NCBI RefSeq assembly: GCF_001194135.2
Contig: NC_068989.1
Coordinates: 38,521,728 to 38,572,389, forward strand
Source: Octopus bimaculoides
Taxonomy: Eukaryota
Reading direction: 5' to 3'
Length of the DNA stretch: 50,662 bases
The notes below the pieces were generated by a model, which was not told the DNA's origin, ran no database searches, and saw only the letters and a list, made by a program, of their open reading frames with translations. The translations under genes and the position numbers were made by a program. Shown in pieces: positions 12,424-24,714 of the stretch; position 1 is the stretch's first letter; each line of letters opens with the position of its first letter.

Positions 12424-13075
12424 TCAAGGTTTGGGAAAAAAAACACCTACTTACTGACAAACATTGTGGTCCCTTCTGATTAAAATATTGTCAAAAGAGA
12501 AATGGAGAAATTGTCGAAGTACAAAGACCTCGAAGTTGAAGTATTCAAGATGTGGGGCATGAAGGTTAAAACGATACCAATAATAACTGGAGCATTGGGC
12601 ATGATAAAGAAACATATGAACAAAAATGTAGAAGCTATACTTGGATCCTCAACACTACACACTATCCAAAAAATATCCCTGCTAGGAACAGCCGACATCC
12701 TATGTGAGACACTACCAATTCAATAATACGACCTAAACAAAACAACCCACAAATACAAGGCACACACTATACAACAATTACCCAGTGAAATAATCTTCTA
12801 CTAACAAGCTAGATAACCAATGCATTACACACTCAACACACAATACAGGCAGTAATGAAACAAATGACTACACCACACCTCAAGAAAAAAAAATCTAGCC
12901 CAACACAATACTGGGAAGAATTTGCACACTCCCAACAATAGAAGAGAACACACAATGCTGCACACACCCCAGCAATATGGAGGTGTAGCAGATGATGCAG
13001 TAGAAATTTGTCTCAAACTACCAAATGTTGAACAAAATATAATAATGTTGATGATGATAATAATAATAATAATGA
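12424..13075 (+). mobile_element. R4/Dong-clade 3' end (second subfamily, long 3' UTR)
   Basis: MEKLSKYKDLEVEVFKMWGMKVKTIPIITGALG..IQKISLLGTADIL; preceded by (TAA)n at 12378-12423 and followed by a TAA/GAT tail. Confidence 0.9.
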
Positions 13076-13329
13076 TGATGACAAGAGCATTCAGAGAGCG
13101 CATACCTCTGCCAATGCAATATCAATGTCCTCTCAATGATTAACCAATGATTTTTAAAATGAGAATATATGAAATAAAATTGGCTGCTCTCATAAAAGAG
13201 AATACTAAAAATGAACCCAATCGCTCTCAAATGGAAAAATAATCCATATACATTGTCCCGTACTTGATTGATCCCAATGGGAGTCCTAGTATATGAAGGT
13301 GGGTGTGCAGGCCATGTTTGTAATGGTGT

Positions 13330-13560
13330 GAGTGTGTTGTCTGCAGTGGGAACAGGGACAGTTTTCTCTATGAAGGCGTTTTTTAGTCTATCCACTGATA
13401 TTGCGTCTTTACGACCATTAAGGTCTATAGTGAAAAATTTATCCGTGCATGAAAGAAAAGGGAAAGGACCAGCATACGGTGATGTTAACGGAGGTTTAAC
13501 AACATTGTTGCGCACAAAAACATGAGTCCAAGAAGTAAAGCTTCCTTCAAGGCAGATCTA
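13330..13560 (-). mobile_element. Gypsy LTR-retrotransposon integrase C-terminal fragment
   Basis: HVFVRNNVVKPPLTSPYAGPFPFLSCTDKFFTIDLNGRKDAISVDRLK matches the VFVR..L.PPY.GP..V..R..K.F..D.NG..D.VS.DRLK pattern. Confidence 0.85.
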
Positions 13561-13744
13561 GAAATGCATTTGTGAAGTAGGCAAGAGGTGTTAAACAAGA
13601 GTGATATATATCCAAAATTGGTAAAACTAAAAATTGTTGAGGATAAATTAAATTTATTATTGTTACTGAATACGTTAGTGTTATTTAATTTCTGAACGGT
13701 TTTGCTGCCGTTTGTTTATGCAGTTTGATTTCTGTATGTATCAG

Positions 13745-13896
13745 TTTCTACTAAGATAGAGATGCAACTAAAACTAATAATAGAAAAAGAAAAAGAAAAC
13801 TTTGGAAACAGCAACACCACCCTAACTTATGTGGAAACCATGAGCGAGCTTTCAAGGGAGATAATCAGAGAAAGACTTGAAAGTCAACATAAGATC
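13745..13896 (+). CDS. Candidate internal exon of an unidentified gene
   Basis: TTTCTGTATGTATCAG acceptor, GTAATA donor, 152 nt, open in phase 1 to 0 (xSTKIEMQLKLIIEKEKENFGNSNTTLTYVETMSELSREIIRERLESQHKI). No family recognised. Confidence 0.25.
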
Positions 13897-13919
13897 GTAA
13901 TACTTCATGTAATGTAAAA

Positions 13920-14118
13920 TAAATATAACAAAAAATAATCCAGAATCCTTGTCTGGTACCGGATCGATTCCAAAATCCAATCAGTTTGTGCCAGTCATGA
14001 GACCAAACATCTCTGAAAGTTTAATTCAAATCTATCCTGTGGTTCTTGAGATATCTTGTCCATGGAAACAATACGACTGGAAACAATACCTCTGCGTTTA
14101 CTAAGGTGGAGGTAAAAA
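13920..14118 (+). mobile_element. Unclassified short repeat ending in a decayed hairpin (Helitron/Helentron-like?)
   Basis: Resembles an octopus repeat recalled from memory; subterminal CCTCTGC..GGTGGAGG imperfect palindrome. Confidence 0.35.
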
Positions 14119-14119
14119 T

Positions 14120-15570
14120 GCAAGAGGGGAAACTACGTTAGTTTGAAGATGTGATGCATATGAGCAAAGACAGCTGTACGAAGAAGTGCTGGTCACTGAA
14201 AGTGGTTGGCACCTGTGGAACAGGGAGGCCCAGGAAGACATGGGATGAAGTGGTGAGGACTGATCTCAGGATGTTGGGGCTCATGGATGAAATGACAATG
14301 GACCGAGAAGTCTGGCAATATGAGGTTCTAAAAATGACCCACTCATATCAGTGAACCTGAGTTCTAGAAGTATTGTGTTCCACCCATACATAACAATAAA
14401 ATTTTCACACACTCTACCCCGAGAAACCAAACTACATCTCTCCCAAACTTTCTTTTCTCTTCCACACATTTCCTCTTCATGCACTATGATTATCTTGTGC
14501 TCCTCAGTCCTGTCCTCACTGTTCTGCTCACTGTAATGCTGCTTTCCCCACCCCTCTATATACCCTACCTTTACTCCCTACTTACACCTTCTTGGTGATA
14601 CCCTGCCAGCACCTGCCACCATTTATCTCTCTCTTCCTAACTCTACTATCCCATCTATGCTTTGATCCCTGTTCCTTGTGAGTGTACCCTGGCACTTCAC
14701 TATTAACTCTTTCTTACTCTTGTTGTCTCCCATTCTCTCTATCTTTCCCTTGCTCTTCTCTCTGGTTGGGTAACCATGCATCTCCTCTATAACAGCACAC
14801 TTATTTCTGCCCTCATCCTTGATCAATCTCTCTCTCTTCTTCCTTCTCTTGCTCTTTTCTCAGGCTAGGTAACCATATATCTCCTTTACAGCAGCACATT
14901 TGGTTCTGTCCTCTCTTTTGTTAACTCTCTCCTCCCTCTTTGTGTGACCATATGTCTCCACTTCAGAAGCATGCCTATTTCTGCCCTCATTCTTGTTCTC
15001 TCTCTCTCTCCGTCTTATGCTTTTCCTTCTGGCTAGGTAACTATGTATCTCCTTTACTACAGAACACCTGTTCTTGCCCTCTTTCTTGTTAACACTCTCT
15101 CACTTTCTCTTTCTCTATCTCTGGCCAAGTAACCATGTACCGTCTCTACAGCAAGACATCTGTTTCTGTCTCTCTGTCACACTCTAACCTTTCTTTATCT
15201 GGCACAAGATCATCTCCTCCAATTCCCCCTCCCCTCTCAAAGATTCTTTGTCTTGCCAAGTTACTTGGTGACCCTGGCAGGGCAGGTGCCACTTAAAAAG
15301 TATTCAATCCACACTGTAAAGTGGTTGGCATTTGGAAGGGTATCCAGCAGTAAAAACCATGCCAAAACTGACTTCACCTGTGCTGGTGTCATGTAAAAAG
15401 CATTCAGCCCACTCTGCAGAGTGGTTGGTGTTAGGAAGAGCATCCAGTCAAAAAACCATACCAAAACACACACAGAAATATGATGCAGGCTTCTGCCCAG
15501 TAAGCTCCTGTTAAACTGTCTAATCCATGCCAGCATGGAAGAAGGACATTAGACAATGACGATGATGAAT
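14120..15570 (+). mobile_element. RTE 3' end with pyrimidine-rich tandem-repeat 3' UTR
   Basis: VMHMSKDSCTKKCWSLKVVGTCGTGRPRKTWDEVVRTDL; five ~90-bp units (GTAACCATG.ATCTCC..CAGCA.AC..TTTCTG.CCTC) at about 14770-15180; standard tail to (GAT)n. Confidence 0.85.
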
Positions 15571-15596
15571 AAAACAAATGATAATAATAATAATAG

Positions 15597-16215
15597 ATAT
15601 TCTTTCTAATTTTGGTATAAAGTCAGCATTTTTAGTGGGATGTGGGCCAGTTGATTACATCAACTGTAGTACTTGACTGATATTTTATTTTATTGATCCC
15701 TGAAACTTTGAAGGGAAAAGTTGGAGTTTGTAAAGAGCTGGAAGAAATGCTACTGAAAGTTTTGTCCAGCTTTATAAATGATTCTGCCAGCTCATTTAAT
15801 AATAAGAAGGAGGGGTTTTGCTTAAGGCTCAAGAACAAGAATTTTGAGGAGAGGATTTAGTTGATAATATTGAGCCCCAGTACATGATTGGTACTTTATT
15901 TTGTTGACCCTGAAAGGATGAAAGACAAAGTTGATCACAGCAGGATCTGAATGTAAAGAGCCAGAAAAAATACTTCAAAGCATTTTCCCAATGCTCTTGC
16001 AATTCCACCAGCTCAGGAACAAGGCCACAAATATGAGAGGAGGGACATAATCTGGTACTTGATTAGTACCTTATTTTGTCAACTCTGATAGGACAAATAG
16101 TGAAGTTGACCTTGGTGGAATTTGAACTTTGGCAGTAAAGAGCCATAACTAAATGTAGTAAGGTATTTTGACTATTGATCTAATGATTCCGATAATCCAG
16201 TACCCTTTGATAATG
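15597..16215 (-). mobile_element. Three consecutive SINE family A copies, head-to-tail
   Basis: The central TATTTTATT(G)..GACCC(T)GA..GA..AAAGTTGA motif recurs at about 15680, 15890 and 16070 in the same orientation. Confidence 0.75.
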
Positions 16216-17176
16216 ATAATAACGACTTATGTTTGGTTGCTGCTTTAAAACAGCTGTGATAGTGTTTGTGATTGTGATGGCAAACAGCTGTCACTAAACA
16301 CCTTTGATAATAATGATGATAATGATTGTTGTTGAGACAGCAAACTGCTGTCAGAAAATACTATGATGATGATGCTTATGATAACTAATGACTGATGATA
16401 ATGATATTCTAACTGCAATGGCAAATAGCTGTAATAGCTGTCAATAAACAGTGCCAGTGTTGATAATGATGATGATAATAATGCAATGATGAACCACAGT
16501 AAAAGTAATCACTATATTTGATCAGTTAAATTTAAATTTCTCCTCAAACCCAGCAGTCACTAGCCTATTGTCATACCATATGTTTAATACCTATCTCTCT
16601 ATCTCTTTCAACATACACTAACACACTACCACACAGTCACACAAATACATACACACACACACAGGTACCACCACAAACACACTGTCAGCTTTTCTCCTCC
16701 AACTATCATTACCATATGTGGATTTCAGTGTAAACCTATTTAAGAGTTACTCCTCCCTAGATGATTCTGCCATGATAACCACTGATATAAACACCACATC
16801 ATACCTAACCCAATGTCTCCTGCCATGACCAACTCTTCCTAGATTTGTAGAGTACGCATTTCTTATTGTTATCTTTGCATCAAGCTGCCTGACATTAAAA
16901 CCGATTTTCATAAAAGTCAGTGATATAGTATTGTTTGTTATATCAGACGAATGCCAGACCAATGCAGCTAATTTGATCTGATGTCAGTCAGCCTTAAATC
17001 TTAGATTATGTATAACGAGGAGATATTTGCCGATTCGTGACCAAACGGTTCTGGCAGTTAATGATTTAATGTTGATTTTAGTTTTTATGTTTCGTGTTAT
17101 CTTCCAACACAGGTCTCTTGAAAGTTAGTCAATATTGCAAACTACTTCGGCATTCTGCCATTACTATCACAGAGGT

Positions 17177-17239
<63 letters not shown>
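17177..17239. repeat. (CTA)n microsatellite
   Basis: Perfect triplet run. Confidence 0.95.
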
Positions 17240-17396
17240 AATTTATTATTGATGTTACTGTTGTTTGATATGATGTCATAGCAACAAAGTTAACAGAATA
17301 TTACATAGTAGCTTCCAAAATACGTGAATAAAGCAATATAACATACATGAGTGTTTGTGTGTGCATGTGTGCTTATATACATATGTGTAAGTATGA

Positions 17397-17435
<39 letters not shown>

Positions 17436-17672
17436 TTTGTGCGTATATGTTTACATATCTATTTAGATTTATGCATGTATAAATATATTTATGTATATAT
17501 GCACATATAAATGAATGCGTATACATATGTTTATATATATATATATGCATGTGTATGTGTGTATACACATACACACACACAGACATACACATATGTATAC
17601 ACAAATATACATAAACCTGTATTTATGTATGTTTATATAATGTATAAATTGGGCAAGTCTCATTTTCTATAG

Positions 17673-17707
17673 CTTTACATTGGCCCATTCCATGTGAATG
17701 AAACTGG
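17673..17707 (+). CDS. Candidate 35-nt exon (LYIGPFHVNETG)
   Basis: Strong acceptor TCTCATTTTCTATAG and donor TGG|GTAAAC; only phase 0 is open, compatible with 13745-13896. Confidence 0.25.
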
Positions 17708-17959
17708 GTAAACAGAAACTGTATAGAAGCCTGTTGAATGAGTTGAAATCGTAATTTAAAGGTGAAGCCTTGTCACATATAATATCATCAAACTCTCTCT
17801 GTCTGAGAATTAGGTTAAGGATATACGTGTGTGGAATACTCATCCATTTACAAGCTAATTCAACGAGCAGGTAATTCACTTGATTGAACTACTGAATACT
17901 CATAATCAAAACTGCTGTGGAGATTCATTCATCTGTGTGTGTGTGTGAGTGAGTGTATG

Positions 17960-18017
<58 letters not shown>

Positions 18018-19085
18018 TATATGACTTCAGCAATGTAACTTCACGTGTGCCATTGGTGATTTTTTCATCTTCTCCTTCTTTGCATTTTTCCCTTTCTCCT
18101 TTCCGACAAAGAGCTATGCTAGAAACATTAAGCTCTCTCTTTTCACTGAGCATCAAGCTAATATACTTCTTGTGCACATCCTTAAGTTCGTTGCTTTCCT
18201 ATTTTTCAATTTTCATTTGCTTATTTGAATTGACTATATATGCACATACATATAGAATCCTGAAGGAATACATTCAAGTAATCTTCTTCAAATACCAGCA
18301 ACTGAGATGTATTTCACAATGCCACTCAAGGATCCTCTGTTCCTCATTAGCTTTTGTATGTCTTAAATTTCATGTTGTGTATCCCAGCCATTGAGATTGA
18401 TGGAGTTGAGTGGTTTTCATTTCTCTATTAGAATGCAGAAGTTTCCAAAATATAAATCATATATAGGCCTGGTGTTCAATGCAATAGCAGTGGCCAGCAA
18501 AGCTTACTCTTCATTGAGCAGTAATAGCAGAGATGGGTGGAATGTGTCCACTTCACTTTGGTCTTGTGCTCTGTCCATGAGATATTTTGGGCTGTCATAA
18601 AAAGCTTAGCATATGTACCACCAAAGCAAGGACAAAACTCATTCTTCATAATCCAAATTTTAGTTTCATAGAAAAGAGGACTCTCTATTCATACCATTGG
18701 AAAGGCCAGTGTTGACTTTGAAATACTAGATTGTTAGATGTTTTGAAACTTGTTATTGTCACTCTAGTCACCCTGTACCTGTGTACATCTTAGATATTGC
18801 ATTTAAGTATACTATCGATCTGTAGATTTGGGTTATATATACCTTCTGATTTTTTAACGTAAGTGTTGCACCAGTTTGGCACAGCGAGTACAACTTTCAT
18901 TGTTCAAAAGAACAATGAAGGCTTTTCTGTAGAACCCTGAGCTTTTTGTACCCAGAACCAACTATTAGCCCTCTCGTGGTGATTGTCTGTTTGGTGATTT
19001 TACAACAACTATCATGAGTGTTTCACTGGTGATGTATATTTGAGAGAGTGCTCACTTTGTAACTCATCTATTCACTTTGTACATG

Positions 19086-19949
19086 GCCATAGTAATGAAG
19101 CTAAAGCATGCAGAGTGAAGCTGCTTGGCACAGAGTTACTTTGAACTTCGCTGTGCATGCACGCTAACTTTTAACATTCTAGTTCACTTCTGTTGTTTAC
19201 AGCAGTGCTTGGAAGGAAGGTGTATAGCATGTGATTGTCGCATTGACCATGACAGAGAAAGTTGAGCAGAGAATCTGCATCAGATTTTGCCAAAAGCTTG
19301 GCGATACCTGCTCAGAGGCTTATGCAAAGTTTTCAAAAAGTTTTCATTGTTCTCAACACAATCAAGGAGATCTTGTGCGACTGAAACCCAAGTATCTTTT
19401 TGGTCAGCTGAAAGTAGTTTGGGTGCAATTTTAGCACACACACATTTCATACCCAAATCTTCAGTGATAAAGGACTGAAGTGAACTGTAACTAATCTGCA
19501 CATCCTCTGATAACTCATGGATGGTGATTCGATGATTTCCCCTCACAGCTGCATGTACATCTATGATGTTTTTCTCAGTTCTGTTGGTTGCAGGTCTTCC
19601 AGAACATTCGACAACGTCGACATTTTTCGAGCCATCATGGAAACGTCTGAAGTGCTCATACAGTTGTGTGCTGCTCATACACTCCACTCCATACACTTCC
19701 TGTAACTTTGTGTAGGCTTCTGAGCAAGTATCACCATGACAACTTAGTGTCATGGTCAATATGATGATCACACGCTACACACCTTCCTTCCAAGCACTGC
19801 TGTAAACAGCAGAAGTGAGCTAGAATGTTAAAACTTAGTGCACATATACAGCAGAGTTCAAGGTCAATCTTTGCCAAGTAGCTTCACCCTGTGTGCTTTA
19901 GCTTCATTACTATGGCAGCAATCCGGATACTTATTGATCAGATTTTGTA
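19086..19949 (-). mobile_element. Mariner derivative with inverted duplication of its 5' end
   Basis: Minus-strand transposase N-terminus GDTCSEAYTKLQEVYG..SGRP..ITIHEL..DLGMKCVCAKIAPKLLS; TIR TACAAAATCTGATCAATAAGTATCCGGA ending at 19949; 19086-19331 is an inverted copy of 19704-19916. Confidence 0.9.
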
Positions 19950-21589
19950 TTATGGTTGTGTTGTTTGTTTACATTCCAGACCCCTCTGCAAAATGACACT
20001 ACATCATCCTGGAGCTGGGAGTTTGTATGACTTTCATAGTATGGCCTTTCATGTTGTCATATACTGTTTATGGATTTAATACAGATTTGTATATGGATAG
20101 TGCTATGTCCTAGTAATTTCCTATAATAACGAAGCTTTCCATTTACTATTCACAGTTCTTAAGGACAGTTAGCTTTTTTGACATTATTTACAATCAACAG
20201 TTCCTTCAGACCTTTCTGAATCTATCATAAAGTCACAGTTCGAGGTTTCTGTATTTATTATTCTATTTGCCCTCAATGATTATATCCATTTATGCAATAC
20301 TTTCCCTGTGTTTGTTGATGTTTGTGGAGAGAGGCGACCCATCTTGATTGTATCTTCTTGTTATGATTGATTGCTGATATTTCTGTCTGTTGGCAACTGT
20401 CTGTTGGTAACTACAACACACTATAGAAAGACCTTCAATGTCAAAAATTTAGGAAAGCAGGCACTTTGCCATCATAGATCTGTAAAATGAACTGACTGGA
20501 TTCCTGTTTATGACATGCAAGGGTGCATTATGCACATCCTAAACTGAGATGCATGCAGTAGACATGCGAGTATGTCAATATGTCTGTTTGTCTGTCCATC
20601 CAGCCATCTTTCCCTCCATCCAACAATCTATCTATCTATCTATCTATCTATCCCCCTCCTTCCAGCTATCTATTTGTCTATCCCTCCTTCTAGTTTCCTA
20701 TATATTTATCTAACTCTCTCTCCCTCCAGTTACCTATCTATTTGTCAGCCCATCTGTCCTTATGTCTGCCTGTGTGGGTGCTTCTGTGTAAATAGTTGTT
20801 GTGTTAGGAAAGGGGTCCAGCTGTAAACACTAATCCAAAACTGAAATGTATAAGTAATGTATGGTCCACCTATCTATCCAGGAGGATAGTTTCTCTGAAT
20901 ACAAACTACTTAGATTGTCACACCCCATCCAAGTCATGCAGGTATGGAAAGCAAACATAAAATGATGATGTATAATATTACTAGTACTATTATTTGGCTA
21001 CTATCACATACTGTAAATTCAATAATTTGCTTCCTTACAAGTTTTGGATGTTAATTTCTCTTCTAATCTTCATGAATTTTACTTTTGTGTGCCTTGTATA
21101 GTAAATGTGACAAAAATTGCTAACAATGGATTGACATATTGAATTTCATAAAATATTATTTTTATGATATTTAATGTGCAGTTGCCAAATTCAGAAATTG
21201 CCTTGCAGTATATTTTTAACCTTTAATGCTATAAGTTGCCCAACTGAGCATTCATTCATCTTCTTAGTTGCAACATATTAAAAATTCCAGCATGGCATCT
21301 ATCCAAGACAAGCTGAATGTTGTATCTTTACTAAACATAGAAACAAATTTGTTTTGCTAGATTAGTATTAAGAACATGACACATGATCAAATACTTTGTA
21401 ATTAGAAAGTAGGAGTAAACTTTATAAAGTATGAATAATAATATAAATAGGCAATGATAAGCATCATTTTACATTTTTTGAATCTTGATATTGGGATGCT
21501 CTATATTTTCAAAGTAGGAAACCAAATGATTAAAGGGTTTTTGATTCAAATATTATGATGTTCCATTAAAATTTCTTCTTCAAAAATAA

Positions 21590-22150
21590 AGCTACAGCCA
21601 CCTCTAGCCCCACCTCTAACCATCTGCCATTCTCCTTGCATGCTTTAATGAAATTACCCGCCCTTTCCTACCTCCTTGATTAATTCTCTATATTCTGCAT
21701 TAGGCTTACCTTCTTGTGCTTTGAGGGTATGCTCAGACACTCATCACCACCATTTTTATCTTCTGTCTGCTCTCACTTGCCCTCCCATAACGTTGGGTAG
21801 CCATGTATCTCCTTTATAGCAAAACGCCTGTGCTTGTGTCTTTATCATACTTTAGTCTCTAATGCCTTACATAAAGCCATCTCCCCATCTCTTACACTCC
21901 CACTTAGTAGAGAAGGCTGGTTTTCTTTACCTTCTCTTTTTTTTGTCATATTGCAAATCACTTGACAATCTCACTAGTACTTATGTCATGAGAAAGGCAT
22001 CCAGTTCACACTAAAGTAGTTTGCCAGAATGTTGAAACCACGACAGAACCAATATTTGGTTTCAACACAGTCCTGTAGCTCTCTGGATCCTGTCAAACCA
22101 TCCAACCCATGCTAACATGGAAAATGGCTATTAAATGATGATGATGAGAC
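21590..22150 (+). mobile_element. Decayed RTE 3'-UTR copy (a shorter one lies at about 20790-20970)
   Basis: Pyrimidine-rich unit GGTAGCCATGTATCTCC, AAGGCATCCAG, and tail CCAACCCATGCTAACATGGAAA..TTAAATGATGATG. Confidence 0.7.
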
Positions 22151-23380
22151 TGACTATTGTTTAATTCTGCAAAAAGAATTGCTTTCAATAAATTTTTGGT
22201 ATTAATATTTTCCCTTTATAACAGATATTTAAAAAAGTGTTAATAAAAAGTGTTTAAAATTTGTATTTTTCTGTTGCTTTAACTATAGGTAAATAATTTG
22301 CTTATATTACATTTTATCATTAAGTGTTAAATAAGTAAAATTCTGAAATGGCTACATTTAAATATAGTTGTGTGAAATGGTCTGCAAGACAAACTGCAAG
22401 TAAACTAAACTTTTAATTATTTTTTTGTTTCATATTTGGCATTTATGACATGTGTTCTGTGTAAATGTCTTGTCAGAAAATAGAACAGTTGATGGGGAAC
22501 CATTGCTGAGAAGTAGTTAAGGCACCATTAGGTCAGAATCCAGCATTCTTATATTAATATTGTCAATAAGAAGGCCTCATAGAAACAGCCGCTTACTATC
22601 TTAAAAGGATGCACCCTGTCTCAGAGATAGTGATATCTGGAATATTGTTGACTTTTAGTTTGCTTACATTCTAATATTAGCAATATGAAGTTTGTACAGG
22701 TGTGTGTGTGCATGTGTGTTTTATTCATTCATTAATTCAGTGTTGATTACTCACTGTCTAGTTCGTTACTCACACACACATATGTAGTTATATGTATATA
22801 CTTATACACACATGTACACGTATATTTCTATGACTGAACAGAAACATATTCAGCAACATAAGCTATTATTTCCTATACCAACCTCATTATCTCTACACAG
22901 TCGTACAAAGTTCTGTAACCATGGTAACATGACTTAATACAACCTACAAGGAAGATTATTGTAAGTGCTTAGCGTGCCAAGTTTGGTTTGCAGCTTTGTT
23001 TAAAATAGATTCAGATACCATTTAAAAATTCTTACTGCATCACCTGCCGACAATATTCTATAGTATTTGGATATTAATCACATTGGAAGAAACTTTTAAT
23101 ATTTGATATAATAAACTTCTAGCGTATTTGTATTATTACTTACAAAGTTGTCTGCTCTTCCTTACAATTTAGCAGCATATTCTTTCTTTAGGATATCAAT
23201 GTGTTACTATAATGACTTATTTTCTTGTTTGTTATGTAATTTCATTATTGGTAAGCATTAAGCATTAATTTCTGCATTCTTTGTAAAATATTTGCATTTC
23301 TTCTCTTTCATTGTTGGTTTATGAAAGCACATAATTGATTATGCATTAATTTTTGGCTTATGCTTTTGCTCCCCACCCAA

Positions 23381-23443
<63 letters not shown>

Positions 23444-23462
23444 GTGTGTGTGTGTCTGTGTA

Positions 23463-24600
23463 CAGTGACCCAGAAAAGTTTACAACACATTTATGTAATC
23501 AAATCAGTATTTAGTTGCATAACCGATATTGATGATGAGAGCTTGCAGGCACTTTGAATAGCCTCCTAAATATTTTTTACATTATCTTTACCGACTCCTC
23601 TACACAAATTCTTTTCAATTCTTGTCAGTTACACAGGTATCTTTTTTGAACTCTGAGTTTCAATTCTTTCCACAAAGTTTCAATTGGATTAAGGTCTGGT
23701 GATTGACTTGGCCATTTCAGAACATTAATCCTTTTTTTGTTTTCTGCCAATTCTCAGTCAGCTTTGCTGTGTGCTTTTAATTATTATCCTGTAGACGGCC
23801 CATCCTTGTTCTAAGTTTTGAAAGTGAGCACTAGGTATTAAACGTCTCTCTAAAATCCCCCTATATTTTTTGCCATCCATTGTTCCTTCAATTATTTCCA
23901 TTCTTCCAACACCTGAGGAGCGGAGAAAAAGCCCATACTATTACTGAGCCACCTCTGAATTTGACTGTAGGTATAATATTCTTTGGCACGTATTCTGTGT
24001 CATTCTTTCTCCAAACTTTGCTAATAGAATTCCTGCCGGAAAGCTCAATCTTAGTTTCAGCAGACCAAGCAATATTTTCCCGATATGTTTTTGGTTCATT
24101 TAGATGTGTTTTTTTTTAAAGGTTAAATGAGCTTTAAAGTGACATTTCTTAAGCAAGTGACATTTCTTAGAGATAAAGAAAAGAGATCATAACAACAAAG
24201 TGATCTACTAATTGTATCCTTGCTCACATGTACTTCACATGCTTCCAGGTCCTCCTGTAGCTCCTTGTAGTCTATTACAGCTGTTCTTGCAAGTTTTCTT
24301 GTTGTACGCTCTGCTAACTTACATGGGCTACCAGAGCAGACAAGAGGGAGAATGGAATTATGAGATTTCCAGTTATGTATCATCATACCAACTGAACTCA
24401 GGGTTACATTAAGCTGTGCAGAGATCTTTCTGTACCCACTGCCACTCTTATGAAGGTCAACAATACGCTCATGAAGGTCTTGGCTAATTTGTTTATTTTT
24501 ACCCATGCTGATCATGTTCACTCCATGGTGATATTGTCAGAACTGATACAATGGCTATAAATGTTCACAAAAGAAACTTCCGAAACCTTCTTGAACACTG
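23463..24600 (-). mobile_element. Tc1-family transposon, both ends present, pseudogenised transposase (about 23504-24506)
   Basis: TA-CAGTG at both ends (TA 23461-23462 and 24601-24602); [41 protein letters not shown], terminal GYATKY*. Confidence 0.9.
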
Positions 24601-24714
24601 TAGATATTCTAGAAGAAAAAATTCTTTTTATTGAAAATATCTGGAAAATTACTCAGTTGAGTTAAATGTGTGGTAAACTTTTGCATTTTGAATTTCAACA
24701 TTTTCTCATATAAA

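Noticed and set aside
17939-18600. 151-aa and 69-aa ORFs
   Set aside because: They start in a microsatellite, have S/L/F-rich composition and carry no recognisable motif; possibly decayed TE.
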